Shown here: piece by piece, positions 35,823-49,535 of the stretch
How positions within the stretch are numbered: the first letter of the stretch is position 1
Layout of the letters: each line of letters opens with the position of its first letter
Assembly: GCF_018350175.1 (NCBI RefSeq)
Contig: NC_058368.1
Location: 2,852,001-2,916,000 of the forward strand
Origin: Felis catus
Lineage: Eukaryota
Length of the DNA stretch: 64,000 nucleotides
Direction of reading: 5' to 3'
Translations under genes and position numbers: made by a program
Notes under the pieces: model-generated
Database searches by the model: none
What the model saw: only the letters and a program-made list of their open reading frames with translations
What the model was told of the DNA's origin: nothing

Positions 35823-36434
35823 TGGGTTAGTTTTGGCAGAATTCTGCCTTTCAGATGTAATCATGGCAGACTGTCAACGATACGACTGAAGTCCAACGCG
35901 AATACCACTTGCTTCTCTGAGGACGCTACACCAGTTCTCTCGTGGTGGAAGGTTGTGCCTCCATAGAGCTAGCACAGTGGCTCCTGCTTGTCGTGCTCCC
36001 ACAGACCTCGCCGTGCCCTGTTGGTGTCATAGCCATTGCCCTGTGGCGACTTGCTCAAAAGGAACGCAGGCTTCAGATGCAGGCCGACTGGCTTCAACAC
36101 TCGCGAGCTGTGTGGCCTTGAGGGGCTGATTTAGCTCATGTAACTAACTTGCTTTCATTACTTCCCTTTCACAGATAATGGAAGTAATATACTGCTTGGA
36201 GAGTTGGAATGAAGAATGGATATGAAACCTGTTACGTACTAGCGTGATGTCTGACAGAAGAGACGGTCCATAATTACTAGTGGGTATATTTAAACATATT
36301 AAGTAAATGTATCCATGGGTTACATGTGTCTAGAGAACAGAGGCCATTTATCTTACATTGTGATACTTTCATACACATTAAAGACATTTGATAACTGTTC
36401 CTAAAATTAGAAATACTAATATATATGTGTGTAT

Positions 36435-37031
36435 GCACACATTGTACACACACACATACACACACATATACACACACATACACGCACATATATCCACATA
36501 AATATATACACACACACATATATTCACACACATACACACACATATACACACACATACACGCACACATATATACACGCACATATATATACATACATATACA
36601 CACATATACACGCACATATATCCACATAAATATATACACACACATATACACACACATACATGCACACATATATACATGCACATATATACATACATATACA
36701 CACACATACACACACACATATACATGCACATATATCCACATAACTATATACACACACACATATATTCACACACATACACACACAAATACACACATATACA
36801 CACGCACACATATATACATACACATACACACACATATACACACATATACACACATATACACACACATATATACATACATATACACACACATATACACACA
36901 CACACATATACATGCACGTATATCCACATAAATATATATTCACACACATGCACACATATATACACACATCACACACACGTATACACACATGTATACACAC
37001 ATATCACACACACGTATACACACACGTATAT
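36435..37031. repeat. ~600 bp degenerate (CA/TA)n array with higher-order units
   Basis: Alternating purine-pyrimidine; marker atatccacataa recurs four times. Confidence 0.95.
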
Positions 37032-39129
37032 AACATGTACTAGCATTAAAACCAGGTACATATATTACGTGTATATTTCATATATTGCTCAACCATGGAA
37101 TTCAGATATGTGGAACCCCAAAGTAGAATATCTACCACGTGGAATTCCCATTTCGCCTGTATTTTTCTCCGGCGCTTGTCCCCACCACTTCATAATTCGA
37201 GGACCAACGTTGCCATGGTTTTGTGGTTCCGTGGCGGGAAAGGTGGACTCGGATCTTCACGGAAACTGAGAGAGAAAACCAGGGCTCCCAGTGCCGGGTC
37301 GGGGCTCCTTCCTGTGGGCCCCTGGCACTGCGAGCCGAGTGCAGGCGTGTCTGCAGTCACACCAATGTACCCCGACAGAGATTATTTATTGCTCACTCTC
37401 CGACCGCTCATTTGTTCCCGTGTCACAAAATCTGCCTGTCAAAGGAGGCTCAGAACCTGATCTCCCACGCTGGCTGTGAGCAGGAGGAACAATCCTCATT
37501 TGTTCGTTGAGAAACGAGGCGGGTGATTGCCCCGACCACGGGCCCCTGTGGGAAATGAGTGGTGTGAGCCGGGGTGGGGCGGTGGGGGCTGAAGGCCTGA
37601 ACCAGGAAATGTCTCACACCTTTCCACCTCAGAACACTTTGGCACGCACCTAATTTTTCCGTCGTGCCTTTTGTTCTGGTGAGGCTTTAGCTGCAAGGAA
37701 GATTACATACACAGCTCCAGCCCCACACATGTATTTAAAGGGAAAGAGTACCAGCTGCCGTTTCCATGTCAGTGAGATGGATTCTTTGGGGACCTTTCCC
37801 CTCCCGAGTCTGACAAGGCAGACAAAGATAACAGCCTTCCAGGACTGCGTTCGCTGCGGAGGCGTCACTACTAAGTCCCAGGAATGTGCTCCTAACTCCT
37901 CCTCTCTCTGCTGCTTGCCGTTGGTTTTTCAGATGAGCAGGATCTTGGGTGGGCAAGGGATCTTACTGGGGGATCTCTTAGCATTCCCTTCCCCAAAGCC
38001 CTGGGATATTTTACGCCTTATCCTTGGTGCCCAGCACTTAAGGCACATGCAAAATAAAGCTTTCAGACTGCAGTTGAAAGAGAATGCCAGAAATGGCATT
38101 TGGAAGCAATGAAATATGGCACTTGACAGATGAGACAGGCAATGCGGCGGTGCTCGCCGTAGATTTCACAAGCAAATTTCAGGGTTGCACGGGCCATTAA
38201 GAGCAAAACAAAAACCATAATTGCCCTTAATCTCTATTCATTCTGCATGTGCAAATCTTGTTCAAAGGGAGATTTTGAGGGGGAAGATCAAGAGAAAAAT
38301 AGGCATGAATCTTTGGACAGTGCCGGATTTGATCTTCTTTCTTTGAAGATCTGTGAAGAATGGAGATGGAACCCGAGGTGTGAGCTCTCCTTCAGGAGCT
38401 GATGCTGGGTGACAGGGCTTTAAAAGACTTGACTTGAGTGCATTGTCTCTGCCAGTCCGTCCCATCTGCGTCCACGATCCCCTTTTGTGTAGGTGAAATA
38501 TTTCTGCTGGGTTTTTGGCTCAGAAGCTGAGCGAGATGGTCATGCCTACACGTGCGCTTTCACTTCACTTTCCATAAAAACAAAAACAGAACAACAACCA
38601 GCTCTGCTGAAATTACGGCAAAATTACGGCTTGTGCGCCTGAGGGGTGACAGGTTGGGAGCGGAAGCTGGAGGGAAGAGAATGACCAATTTAATCTGGTT
38701 GTAGACCCAGGAAAAGTGTTCCCCTCGTGATTTAGCGCTCGCTTCCTCAGTTCCCCTAAGAACAGAGATTCCCACCAATCCTCAGTGGCCTTACTCAGGG
38801 TCATATTCTAGAACTGTGAGACGATTTTATGCAATGCTCCAGATTTTTAGTGAAACGAATGTATTATTTCTGAGATAATACAAAGCCAATGATACGAGTC
38901 TACATAGACTAGACGGTGAAGCATTCATTCTCCGGTATACCTAGATTTCATGATCCTACTTAGGAATGTTTTGGATAGTTGAACTTTTCTTTAGCATAAT
39001 AGACGCCTTGCATGGGGTCTGATATATTTTAATTTGCTCCGGCATCCTCTTAGGCAAACGTTTTGCAATAGAGCGACCCATAACGCATCAAAGTTTTGTT
39101 CTCTCCACATTTACAGAAAATTGGATTGA

Positions 39130-39323
39130 GTTTGTTTGTTTGTCTGTTTGTTCTTGGGGAGAGAGGGGGAGAGAGAGAGACAAAGAGAGAGAGGGAGAAT
39201 CTTAGACAGGCTTCACACTCAGAACAGAGCCTGACATGGGGCTCAGTCCCACGACCCTGGGATCATGACCAGAGCCAAACTCAAGAGTCGGCCACCCAAC
39301 TGACTGAGCCACCCAGGCGTCCC
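39130..39323 (-). mobile_element. Older Can-SINE
   Basis: Head gagccacccaggcgtccc; (TTTG)n tail. Confidence 0.88.
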
Positions 39324-40682
39324 TGGCATGAGATTCTTGTGCCGATGGGGAGAGCAAGGCGCTCTAGGAATTTTCCTCCCTCTCCACTTCTTTCTCATCT
39401 GCCTCCTTGTGCCCTACACTTTTTCCCAAGCGAAGCTCATTTATTCTCATAATCACATTTCTCTTAACCATCACTCCACCTTTAGATTTTAAGCTCTTCT
39501 GATTCTAATTATTATAGCCATATTCCCTTTCTCTGATCAACGGGTTGTTTGTTTGGGTTTTTTTTTTCCTCCATTTTTCTAAAAACCAGATTGGACCCTA
39601 AGGTTGGCTCTCAATTGTAAGCGAAAAGTTTGAATGGATATTATTTTCATGAGTCTTTTTCTCCTTGGAATCAGAAATTATGAACAAGGAGGAGGAAGAC
39701 TACTTTTTAACCATTTCTGATGTGATTGGTGTTGGAGGGATAATAGTTTTCTGATAATTTGATTTCGGATTACTTAGGCACGGGCTCATTTCCATGGGCT
39801 CTTGCATTCAGTTTGAAGCCTCGGCTGGCATCCCTCTCTTTCTGATGGGCCAGCACTGGGCACACAGCGTCACTTCTGGATTCTCCACTGACTTGCAGGT
39901 CTGAAATCTTTGCCTCTTGCTCCTCAGTAAGGGATAGGCCGGTGAGGAATTCTGACTTCTGTGCATTATGCCACTTTGATCAGTTAAACTTTAAAGGGTG
40001 GTTTCTTCAAAAGATGTTGAAAGCTGCTTTAAGTTGAGTGACCTCATAGCAAATACTAAGCTGCTACTTTTCATCAAATTTCCTCTTCAAGGAGCATATG
40101 TAACTCTTCAAAACTTTCCTTTATTCAAATTGTCACACCAAACCAGATGATCATCCCATTAGAAAAACAGAGCCCATCGCAATTACCATCTCCCTTATAA
40201 AGTTAAAAATTGTACTCAGGTTATTGTGCGTGAGAAATTACAATTGAGGCAGACTGTGACTTGAGCCATTACATTGTTTTTGGTTTGTTTGTTTGTTTTT
40301 AATGAACTCAGGGTAGAAAGGAATTAGGAACTCCTTAAAACCCCATTGAGGCTAGCTTGACGTGTCCACAATGATTTCTTAGCTGGGAAACGACCTAGGT
40401 TTTTCCTGGTAGGTTTTTGAGAAATAATGGGAATATTTGCAAAGTATGCTGTGATGAAGAAAAAAGCTTAGCTTTGTTCCAAATAACTATTTAATTTAAA
40501 GAAGTATGAGCTTAGATAGAGCTAATGTAAAATAAACAATAAGAAAACAGGCAGATATTTGTCTAATTTCTCTATGGAAAAAAAACCCTCTAAAATAATA
40601 AGCCATGAAAGGAATTATAGACGGAAAGACTGGTAGATTTCTTGAATAAGACCTCTGTGCATTGAAAACTCCATTGATAACA

Positions 40683-40851
40683 TTTTTTAAAAAATGTTTT
40701 AATGTTTACTGTTGAGCGGGGGGAGGGGCAGAGAGAGAAAGAGGGAACCGAATCGGAAGCAGGTTCCAGGCTCTGAGCTGTCAGCACAGAGCCTGATGTG
40801 GGGCTTGAAAACACAGACTGTGAAATCCTGACCTCAGTCACCCAGGTGTTC
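40683..40851 (-). mobile_element. Can-SINE with internal deletion near the head
   Basis: TSD ccattgataacattttt on both sides. Confidence 0.9.
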
Positions 40852-40884
40852 CCATTGATAACATTTTTACCAATCAAAAAAAAA

Positions 40885-41500
40885 AAAAGATATTTGCCAC
40901 AAATCTGATGCCGAAGGGTTATTCTTCTTAATATATAAAGAGCTCATATAAATCAATAGTTGGCATAGTCAACAAAACTATACCAACAAAGAAGAGGAAA
41001 TTGAAATGCCTGACAAAGCAGAAATAATATTCAATCATGTCAGTTATCGAAAGAAATGCAAAAATTTTTAAAACTAAACTTGTGTCCAAAAAGTAAAAGA
41101 AACACGAAATACTGGCAATTAGGCATTTTCCAGGAAAATATATCGCTGGTAGAATTGTAAACTGATATGGCCTATTTGGAAGACATTTCAGCACCATGCA
41201 TTTGGAACATTCCAGATAGTTTTGTTTATTTAATTTCATTGCGATACGTGTATGCTAGCAGAAAATCAGAAATAATTACATTGATCAAGTAAATGTGAGT
41301 TATGGAATATATAACCAGCCAGTCATTGGCAGTTTTAGTCATAAAGGAAAACACGCGTGTTAACTGTAAAAAAAAGAAGAAGACAAAGTTATATGTTCAG
41401 TCTGCCCACATTGTAAAATTGTGGTCATATTACAAAATTGCATCAAGGAGCTCCAAAATATGAAGGGGATTATTTCTGGATTTTATTCTCTGTACTTTCC
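40885..41500 (+). mobile_element. Degraded L1ME-like fragments
   Basis: atatttgccacaaatctgatgccgaagggtt..aatatataaagagctcatataaatcaata. Confidence 0.5.
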
Positions 41501-41522
41501 TGTATTTCCACTATTTAGAGTG

Positions 41523-41734
41523 TTTTTTAATTTTTTTTAATGTTTATTCATTTTTGACAGAGACAGAGCGCAAGCAGGGGAGGGGCGGAGAGAGAGGGAG
41601 ACACAGAATCCAAAGCAGGCTCCAGGCTCCGAGCCGTCAGCACAGAGCCTGACGCGGGGCTTAAACTCACGAACTGTGAGATCATGACCTGAGCTGAAGT
41701 CAGACGCTTAACCGACTGAGCCACCCAGGTGCCC
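41523..41734 (-). mobile_element. Felid SINE
   Basis: Full body ending ccacccaggtgccc. Confidence 0.95.
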
Positions 41735-41740
41735 TATAAA

Positions 41741-41943
41741 TTTTTAATGTTTTTTTTTTATTTTTGAGAGAGAGCACGAACAGGGGAGGGGCAGAGAGAG
41801 AGAGGGAGACACAGAATCTGAAGCAGGCTCCAGGCTCCGAGCCATCAGTACAGAGCCCAATGCGGGGCTTGAGCTCACGAGCCGCGAAATCATGACCTGA
41901 GCCGAAGTCGGACGCTTAACCAACTGAGCCACCCTGGCGCCCC
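41741..41943 (-). mobile_element. Felid SINE (tandem with previous)
   Basis: Full body ending accctggcgcccc; short TSD aaattttt. Confidence 0.95.
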
Positions 41944-43583
41944 GTAAAATTTTTCAAGTGGTATTTCTAGTGGTCAGTTAGAGTTCCCAAGCTACTTTTA
42001 CATGTCCCTGCAAAGCTGGGGAGCAGTCCCATTTTCACCTTGGAAATTGTTAGTGTATATGTGAATAAAATTACTGTATGTATCATTAGCATCTGTAGCA
42101 TTTATGCTATGTAGTAATAAATGCATACTATAAAATATAAACATGTTAGTATATTAGTGTTAATCTAGTACTTGCTAATTTGCATATTATGATATTAATA
42201 CAGCAATAGGTTGATGTTGTTATGTTATATAACATACACATGTATAACTATGTATGTATTTTAGTTCACATAAAATGACAGCCGATCCCACATTCTCCTT
42301 CCCTGTATATATAGACAGGGGCCACATTACAGCTTCCTTACCCTCATGTCAACTCCAAGGATTTCTGAGACCCTTTGAGGGCTCCTTATACCCTAGGCAG
42401 CTTCTCTGCCACAACAAATGCCCAGCGCAACAGGGCTTTTTGGACGGTGCCCTGGCATCCTTCGTAATAGAGTATGACTTGTATAAGGTGTTAAGGGTTG
42501 CCGTGCGAATGGACATTGTCACCCATAGCTTTAGTACTCAGATTAGCTAAATATGTTGCTTTTGAAAAAAGATTTAAGCTGATCTCCGAGAAAGGACAGA
42601 CACAGGGGAGAATCAAAGGACTCTTTCAGATTTGTAAGCCTAATATCAAAGAATTTAGAAGTCTAACCCAGGCTTACAGGTGTCCTTTGCTTTGATCATT
42701 AATTAAAATGTGACTTCTATCCTCAGTGTCACCGTGGGAGGACTTGACAAAACAAAGTACGTCAGGTACCTGACAATTTCTTATAATGCCCTGCAAGACA
42801 GGTGTTCATTCCTGCAAAGGCTTTGAAGCTAAAAATAAAATAAAACAAAATTTAAATTAAAGGATATTCCCAAGCACATAGTAATCATCTTAAGACATAC
42901 ACTTCAGGGCCTTTTTCCTCCCAGATGATGGTGGTGTGGTGGGTAGGAGGGGGGGGTGGTTGGTGTTAAAGACGGGCAAACCCTGGCTGGAAAGGAATGC
43001 AGAAAATAGGGTAAAGTAAAGCCTCGTAAGTCATTTGAGATCAATCGTCAGAGAATGTGTCTCAACGGTGTCATTATCAGATTAATATTTGAGTTCCAAT
43101 TTAAGCTGGAATTATTTGGATAACAAAAATCAAAAGAAAAGTTTTTACAAACAATTTTGCCTCGGAGCAAAAGAAACGTATCAGGGATGGGATTTTGGAT
43201 GTGTGTGATTTTTTTTTTTTTTTTTTACCACACCTCTCAAATTCCTATAAGCTTGGGTTACTCCATAAAGAATCATGGACATCCCTACCTTCAGAGTCCT
43301 GGTTTGTTTATCTTGAGTTAAAATCAGATAAAAACAAATTTCTGCTAATATGATAGGCGTTTCAGGGGGACTGTGGACTTCTCAGCAAAATAATCTGCAG
43401 AGTACTTCTCATCACGGCAAAAGCATGATTTATTTGATGGGTCGCTCTAAACTGAAAATAAAAAGAAATGCATCTTTGGCAATAAAAGCCAACTTTTGGT
43501 TAGCTGATTGCTTCTTTTTATTTCCTCAGTAGCATTTACTGGAGCTAGAGAGCTCTACCGTGAGTTTGCTAATAAAATCCTCT

Positions 43584-43812
43584 GGGGGCACGTGTGCGGC
43601 TCAGTCGGTTAAGCGGCTGACTTGGGCTCAGGTCACGATCTTGCAGTTCGAGAGTTCGAGCCCCACATCAGGCTCTGTGTTGACAGCTCAGGGCCTGCAG
43701 CCTGCTTCAGGTTCTGTGTCTCCCTCTCTCTCTCTGCCCCTCCCTGCTCACACTCTCTCTCTCTTTCTCAAAGATAAATAAACAGTAAAAAGATAATTTA
43801 AAACAAATAAAA
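43584..43812 (+). mobile_element. Can-SINE
   Basis: ggctcagtcggttaagcgg..., CT tract, A tail. Confidence 0.92.
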
Positions 43813-45369
43813 TGACCTGAATTTCTAAGGAGCTTACAGAGTGGAATAGTTGGCAGCAATCGGCAGATCAACACAGTCGGTGAAATACATAGACTGGAAA
43901 ACCGTATGTAGAGGGGCTCAAAGAAAAATCAGGATGCATTCATTATACTTGCTGAGTCTTTTAGTTAAGAGAGAATTCCCTAGAAGGTGGGATTCCAGGG
44001 GTCCTCAGGGAGGGAAGAGTTCAACGCAGGCGAGTGGTGGGAACGTTGCAGGTAGGGGAGGCTGCCTGTGGTGACGTGTGTTCTTACCGAGGGACCCACG
44101 GAGGACAAGCGATGGGGTCAAGAAAGCGTGCAGCATCCCAGGGGCACTGGGGATAGCTGACAAGACTCAGCAGACAGTAAAGGGCTTCACAGAGGGAAGC
44201 TCTCACAGGATTAATGCGCTCAGTGATTTTGGTGAGAGAAATTACTTTGGTCACAGCACAGATCACTCCGTGAAAGAACTTCTGTGAAAATCAGCAGGCC
44301 AGAGATGAGACAGTGGGTTTTGTTCAGACCTCAGCCAGGCCATTAAAATCATGTTGCCGCTGGATATTGACAAGGAAAGATGTTCACAATAGATTCGTAT
44401 AATATTCCCAGTTTTATAAAAAGTGAATACATTTGTAAAGAAAAGAGAGGCTCTAACAGACAGATGCTGACAAGGACAGGTGGTCACAATATGGGGGCAG
44501 GATATCCCCATTTTAATGAAAAGAATCCTTGCATTGGAAAAGGAAAGAAAAACCAAGCTGGGGATTGCAACCAGTGGACGCTATGCTTTTCATTCTCTGA
44601 ACACAGCAGTTCACCTTGCACTAGCTTTTGTCTTACGTTTGCTTATGGAGGTGGGCCTTTCCGAATAGGTTATTTTAGAGTGAAAGCAATTCGATTTCCC
44701 ATCTATGTGGAGATCTTAGGAAGAAGTTTTGTCTCCTCCCTTTACCTCCCCACACAGCGTTAACCCGTACCCTTTGGTTCTGCTTCCCTCAGTGTCTTGG
44801 TTATAGGAGGGGAACTGGGTTTGTTGGAAGCTTTAGGACACACACAACCCGACCTCAGCGCCCCCTCCCTCCCCCCCCCCCAAGTCCCTTTACTCTGGTT
44901 TGTGCTGCCATGTTACCATTTTCTGGAACTTGAGAATCCGCAGAGGTAACAGCCTCGTAGAGCTTTCAACGAAATGTTTCTGTCTGGCAGCTATAGGTCT
45001 TGTCTGCATTATTCTAGCCGGTCCCTGACTGTGTGGTGAGGTCATTCCTGGGCATGGTGGCTAGAGAGGAAAGGTATGCGGTTGCTTACCTAACTCTCAG
45101 CGTGGAGACTTTCAGTGAGCTTTCCTAACATCTTTTTCTCTGGAAAATACTGAACGTGGTCAACCGAGAAACCAGCAACTGACTTCTTCAGAGAATGCGT
45201 CAGACTATTTTCGTTGGTAGGTCAAGCTTTGACTTCATGCACGGCCATGGCTCCATTCTTTGTGAGAAACCAAATACCATGGATTGTGCTCTGCTGTTGT
45301 TCTTTTTAAATGAACCCAACCATTGCATATATCAGTATTGATTATGGTGATGATGATAACATATTCCTT

Positions 45370-45540
45370 GATATTACTTACTGCATACTTTCTACGCCTC
45401 AGTCACTGGACACTGGATTGTATACTATTTGCCTCACTTCAGTCTCTACACAATTCTAGGAAATAGCTATTTTATGCTCATTCATTAACAAGAAAATGAA
45501 GTGTCAGAATTTGAGAAAGTTCACACAAGTAGAAAGTAGC
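45370..45540. mobile_element. MIR remnant
   Basis: tctctacacaattctaggaaatagctattttatgctcattcattaacaagaaaatgaag. Confidence 0.4.
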
Positions 45541-48500
45541 AAACATACGATCACATGTCTCTGTTTTCCACCTGGTTTATAGGAGGGCAGGTTTTTGGTT
45601 TCTCGATATTTCTAGTAAATACGAATGTCTTGAAATATAGCAAGCTTTCAATAATATTTTTTGAGTGGATAAGTGAAGTTGCAGGAATTTCTACCATAAT
45701 TTTACAGCAAAGCCCAAAGACCTGTCTTGGCCATCCTAGGGGAAATTGGGATGTTTTCTGTAATTGGGTGTGAAAACTGTGCCTCTGAGATTGAGATCCA
45801 TGGAAATGAGGTATGGAGGATGGCAAGGCATTCACTTTCTTTCTTAAATATATTTCGACTTTTTGTCCTAAGTATTGACCTGATTTCACTCAGTGGACAT
45901 ATTTGATCACTATATTGGCCAATATCCTGGGATGATAAAGACAATAGTGCAATTGAGACTGGGTTGTTGCTCAAACCGCCAAGAAGAAATTTTCAGATTC
46001 ACTTTTTCTCCCTCCTATCCCTGCTGCAGTTGAAATGTGACCATCGGAATGATACCAAAGTGAAGTTCGAGGGTGTTCAGTAAAGTGTTGTAAAAGTAGT
46101 GGGATAAGACCACTGACAAAACGTGGAAACTGAGTCCACTGATGGGTTCAACTAAAACAGAAACAAAAAAAAACAACCCAAGGTTGATGACTTTAGGATT
46201 CCAGCTTCTGACAACAAAGCTGTGTCTCAAAAGTTTAGAATTATGACGTCTTGGTGAAATATCATGAATTCGAAGATCAGTTCAAACTTCTCATTACGTA
46301 AGTGGAGGTGGGAACACCTGCGCAAACTCGCGGGATCACATTAGCTGTGCTGTAACGTGCACAGTATTTTTTTCTTTTTCCCTTTTCATTCCCCTCCCCC
46401 CACCTTCTTGTTTTGTCTCTTGCAGAAAAGGCAACTCAGCGTGACAGGAACGTTCACTTGGCAGGTTGTGTCTCTCTGCCCACCTGGGGTGCTCCCCAGA
46501 ACAGCCTGGGATCCCCGAGTAGTAGCAGGATGCATTGCTGTTCCCACAAACATTCTGAGAATTGGGTATTTTTATTGGCTAGATAGCACACAATGAATTT
46601 TTTAAATGTTTGAATGGTCCTTTTTTATTCTAGCTGATGAACTCTAGGCAGGTATGTAGTTTAAGCACATGGAAGTATTTGACATCATTGCTGCCAGAGC
46701 TTTTGTTGGACACAGGAAAATACAATTAGAATTCTTAGTTGTGTCACTGTTTTCTCCAGGTATTGTAAAATTTCCACCTATAAGCAGAAGTGATTGTCTT
46801 ACTGGACTTCCTTATAGATGGGCCATGGTATGTATTTAGCATGTTAAAACCTGGTGGAGTTTCTAACCAGGGAAAATATGTACATTTATCCAACGTGAAC
46901 TCAGGTTGCCATTAATTTGCTGATTTACAGGGTGATTAAATGCAAAAAAATGAACAGAAACAATTGCAAACAGCTTGGGGAAATGTTCTTTATCCTTCCC
47001 AGAATACTCTGATTTCTAGTATCATTAACATCTAAACATCTCAGTATAGATCATATGTTTTAACAAACAGCTTAAATACATTTTTTTTTTTAAACTCTCA
47101 CTCGTAAGTACTGGCTAAGTAAATTTTACTCATGGTGGTAACAGTGAGAGAGCAACCTGGTTATGATCAAGTTGTCAGCATTTCATTCATTTAAAAACAC
47201 AGAGTGGCAGAGACTTTCCTCGCCTCCCCACCCCCACTGCCCAATCTCACCCCTGATTCGTTGCTCTCATTCTAGAGTAAGAAATCGAAGGCCTAACGTC
47301 TGCTTTCAGATTTAGTCCGTGTGGACTCTTATCTTTACATCCAGATTTCCTTGCTTTAATGGTTTGTACTATTCAAATGCTTCTGGATTGATCATCAGAA
47401 CCCAATCCTCCAATGTAGTTCATTTTAGGGAAAAATACAATGGCACATTTATTTTTTGAAGGCCTTCCACATTCAAATTAGATTTTTAAAAGTTGCGATT
47501 CAGTGAAAAACGAAACAAAACAAAAAACTCTTCAGATCTGATCATCAAAAATATGCCAAACCAAACAACTGGCTGATTAAAACTTTCCATGTTACAACTG
47601 TTTTGTTTGGGGTAGGTGGTCTTAAAGAAAAGAAGGAGGGAGCCGGACAACGAATTTGCTCTTCGTTGAATGTTTTTTTGTTGTGGGCATTTCGTTTGAA
47701 AGCATAAGATTTTTTAAGGCACAAGACCTAGTTCATTACTTGATTTATCTGTCTCCATATCATGAAATAAATTAGAAGTATATGCCCAAAGCGAGTATTT
47801 GTGAGACACTTACTGCCTGGTGGAGGCTGTGTGGTGTTTGGGAAATGCCAACAGGATGGGACATAGTCCCTGCTCTGGACTAAAAGAGGTGAATGGACTC
47901 TGGGGTCATCAGTTACTACGTACTGGGTACCCAACACGTGTGCTGTCTCTGCCTTGAGAAAGCCCGGCAAGCCTCTGCTCTACCAAAGCTCAGAGCCCAG
48001 CAGCCATCATTAAACCCATGTTCAGGATGCCGGGCACCAGGTAGGACGAGGACACAGCCTCAAGAGGCTCGATCGTAGGCAAACTTGACTTGTCTGGGGG
48101 TTTGTCAAGGGAGAATTGTTTAACCTGATTTTTGAAGTGAGAGTTCCAGAGAGAGAGAGAGAGTGTTCCTGGCAGAGGAAACAGCTGGGGCCAGGCCAAG
48201 GAGGTGAGGTGGGAGAGAAGGTCAACCCAGGCAACACGAGGAGCCTGGCGTGGCCGCTGAGGGTGGGGGGACGGAAGGGTTGGCTGACGGCGGGGCCGAT
48301 GGAAAGGCCTCCAGATGCCATGGTGCCGCGTGCCTGCTCCCAGGGCAGTGAGTGTGCAAATCAGCCCTACCATCAGTTGTCGGGGCAAGTACTCCCGAGG
48401 CACACAAACCAACAGGCCCATGCGTAAGTCTCCGGTGTGTGTCCGCCTGAACTCATCACCGCCAGGGACCTTTTCGTTAGCTTTACAACCACGTACCGAA

Positions 48501-49465
48501 ATCACATTGATAGCAGGAAGGTGCTAGCCTCCCATTCCTGGCTCGAGGCTACGGTGTTTCCAGACTTTTTACGGTAGTTTAAATTTTAGTCATATTTTGG
48601 CCCCTCTTTGGTTCTTTTCGCAAACCAGGCGTTTTGGGATCGCTCAAGCTTTCGTAGGTGGGATGGGCAAGGGTCCAGGAAAGGGGCACATCTTCTTTCA
48701 GGAGGGGGAAAAGATGATAAAGGAAAGTGGACATCAGTGCGTAAGCATGAACTTGTGAAAAACGTGTAAAAACAACTCAGATCAGCAGGGTCATTTTGGA
48801 TGTCTTTTCCGTGGTTGAGCAAAAGGACTGCTATCAGAGCGGAGGGTAGTCATTGTTTGCGTTGGGCCAGTTGTTTGAAACGAAGGTTTGGGTTTATTTA
48901 CAGAGGAAGATAACAATTTGGGGAAGAGTCAGTGTGACTTAAGATCTCGTAGATGAAAACAGCACACCCAGATCTTAGCATCATGTACAGATATCATCTT
49001 ATTCTACTCTCCTCCCATCCCTAAAGAAAAAATAAATAAAGCACATTCTCAGGATCTTTTGGATTACATGCTAGGTGTAATTAATATGTCTGTTGAATTT
49101 CCTGTGTGGGTGGCACTGTAGAACAGTTCAGAAAATAATGCTTCTTTCAACACTTTGAACATCATCAGTCATTTGATTCAACTCCTTTGCACACCATCAG
49201 CCTTTGGTCCCTGGGCTTGAGTTTTCAGTCTTAAAGCGTTGCTGATGAATATGTATCTGGGATGACATTGCCCACAGGTGTCTTTCTTAACTCTTTGGAT
49301 CCACACATACTAGTGAGATTTGTAGTGTTTAAATGTTTATCTCATTTAACGCTCTGCCCCCTAAAACGGGAACTCCCTGAGTAGATACTGTGGTCCACAT
49401 TCCCTTTTCAAGTTTGTGTTTTCTTTGGTTGAAACCAGAGTACCTTTCACACCTTGGTTGAGATT

Positions 49466-49535
49466 TGAACCGTGAGATCATGACCTGAGCCGAAATCAAG
49501 TCGACGCTTAACGGACTGAGCAACCCAGGAGCACC
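49466..49535 (-). mobile_element. Can-SINE 5' fragment
   Basis: tgaaccgtgagatcatgacctgagccgaaatcaag...caacccaggagcacc. Confidence 0.85.

Noticed and set aside
36277..37269. His/Thr/Tyr- and Cys/Val-rich ORFs
   Set aside because: Translations of the CA/TA array
41523..41943. Second tandem SINE pair as a co-mobilised dimer
   Set aside because: The right SINE has its own short TSD and no shared outer TSD is visible, so sequential insertion is simpler
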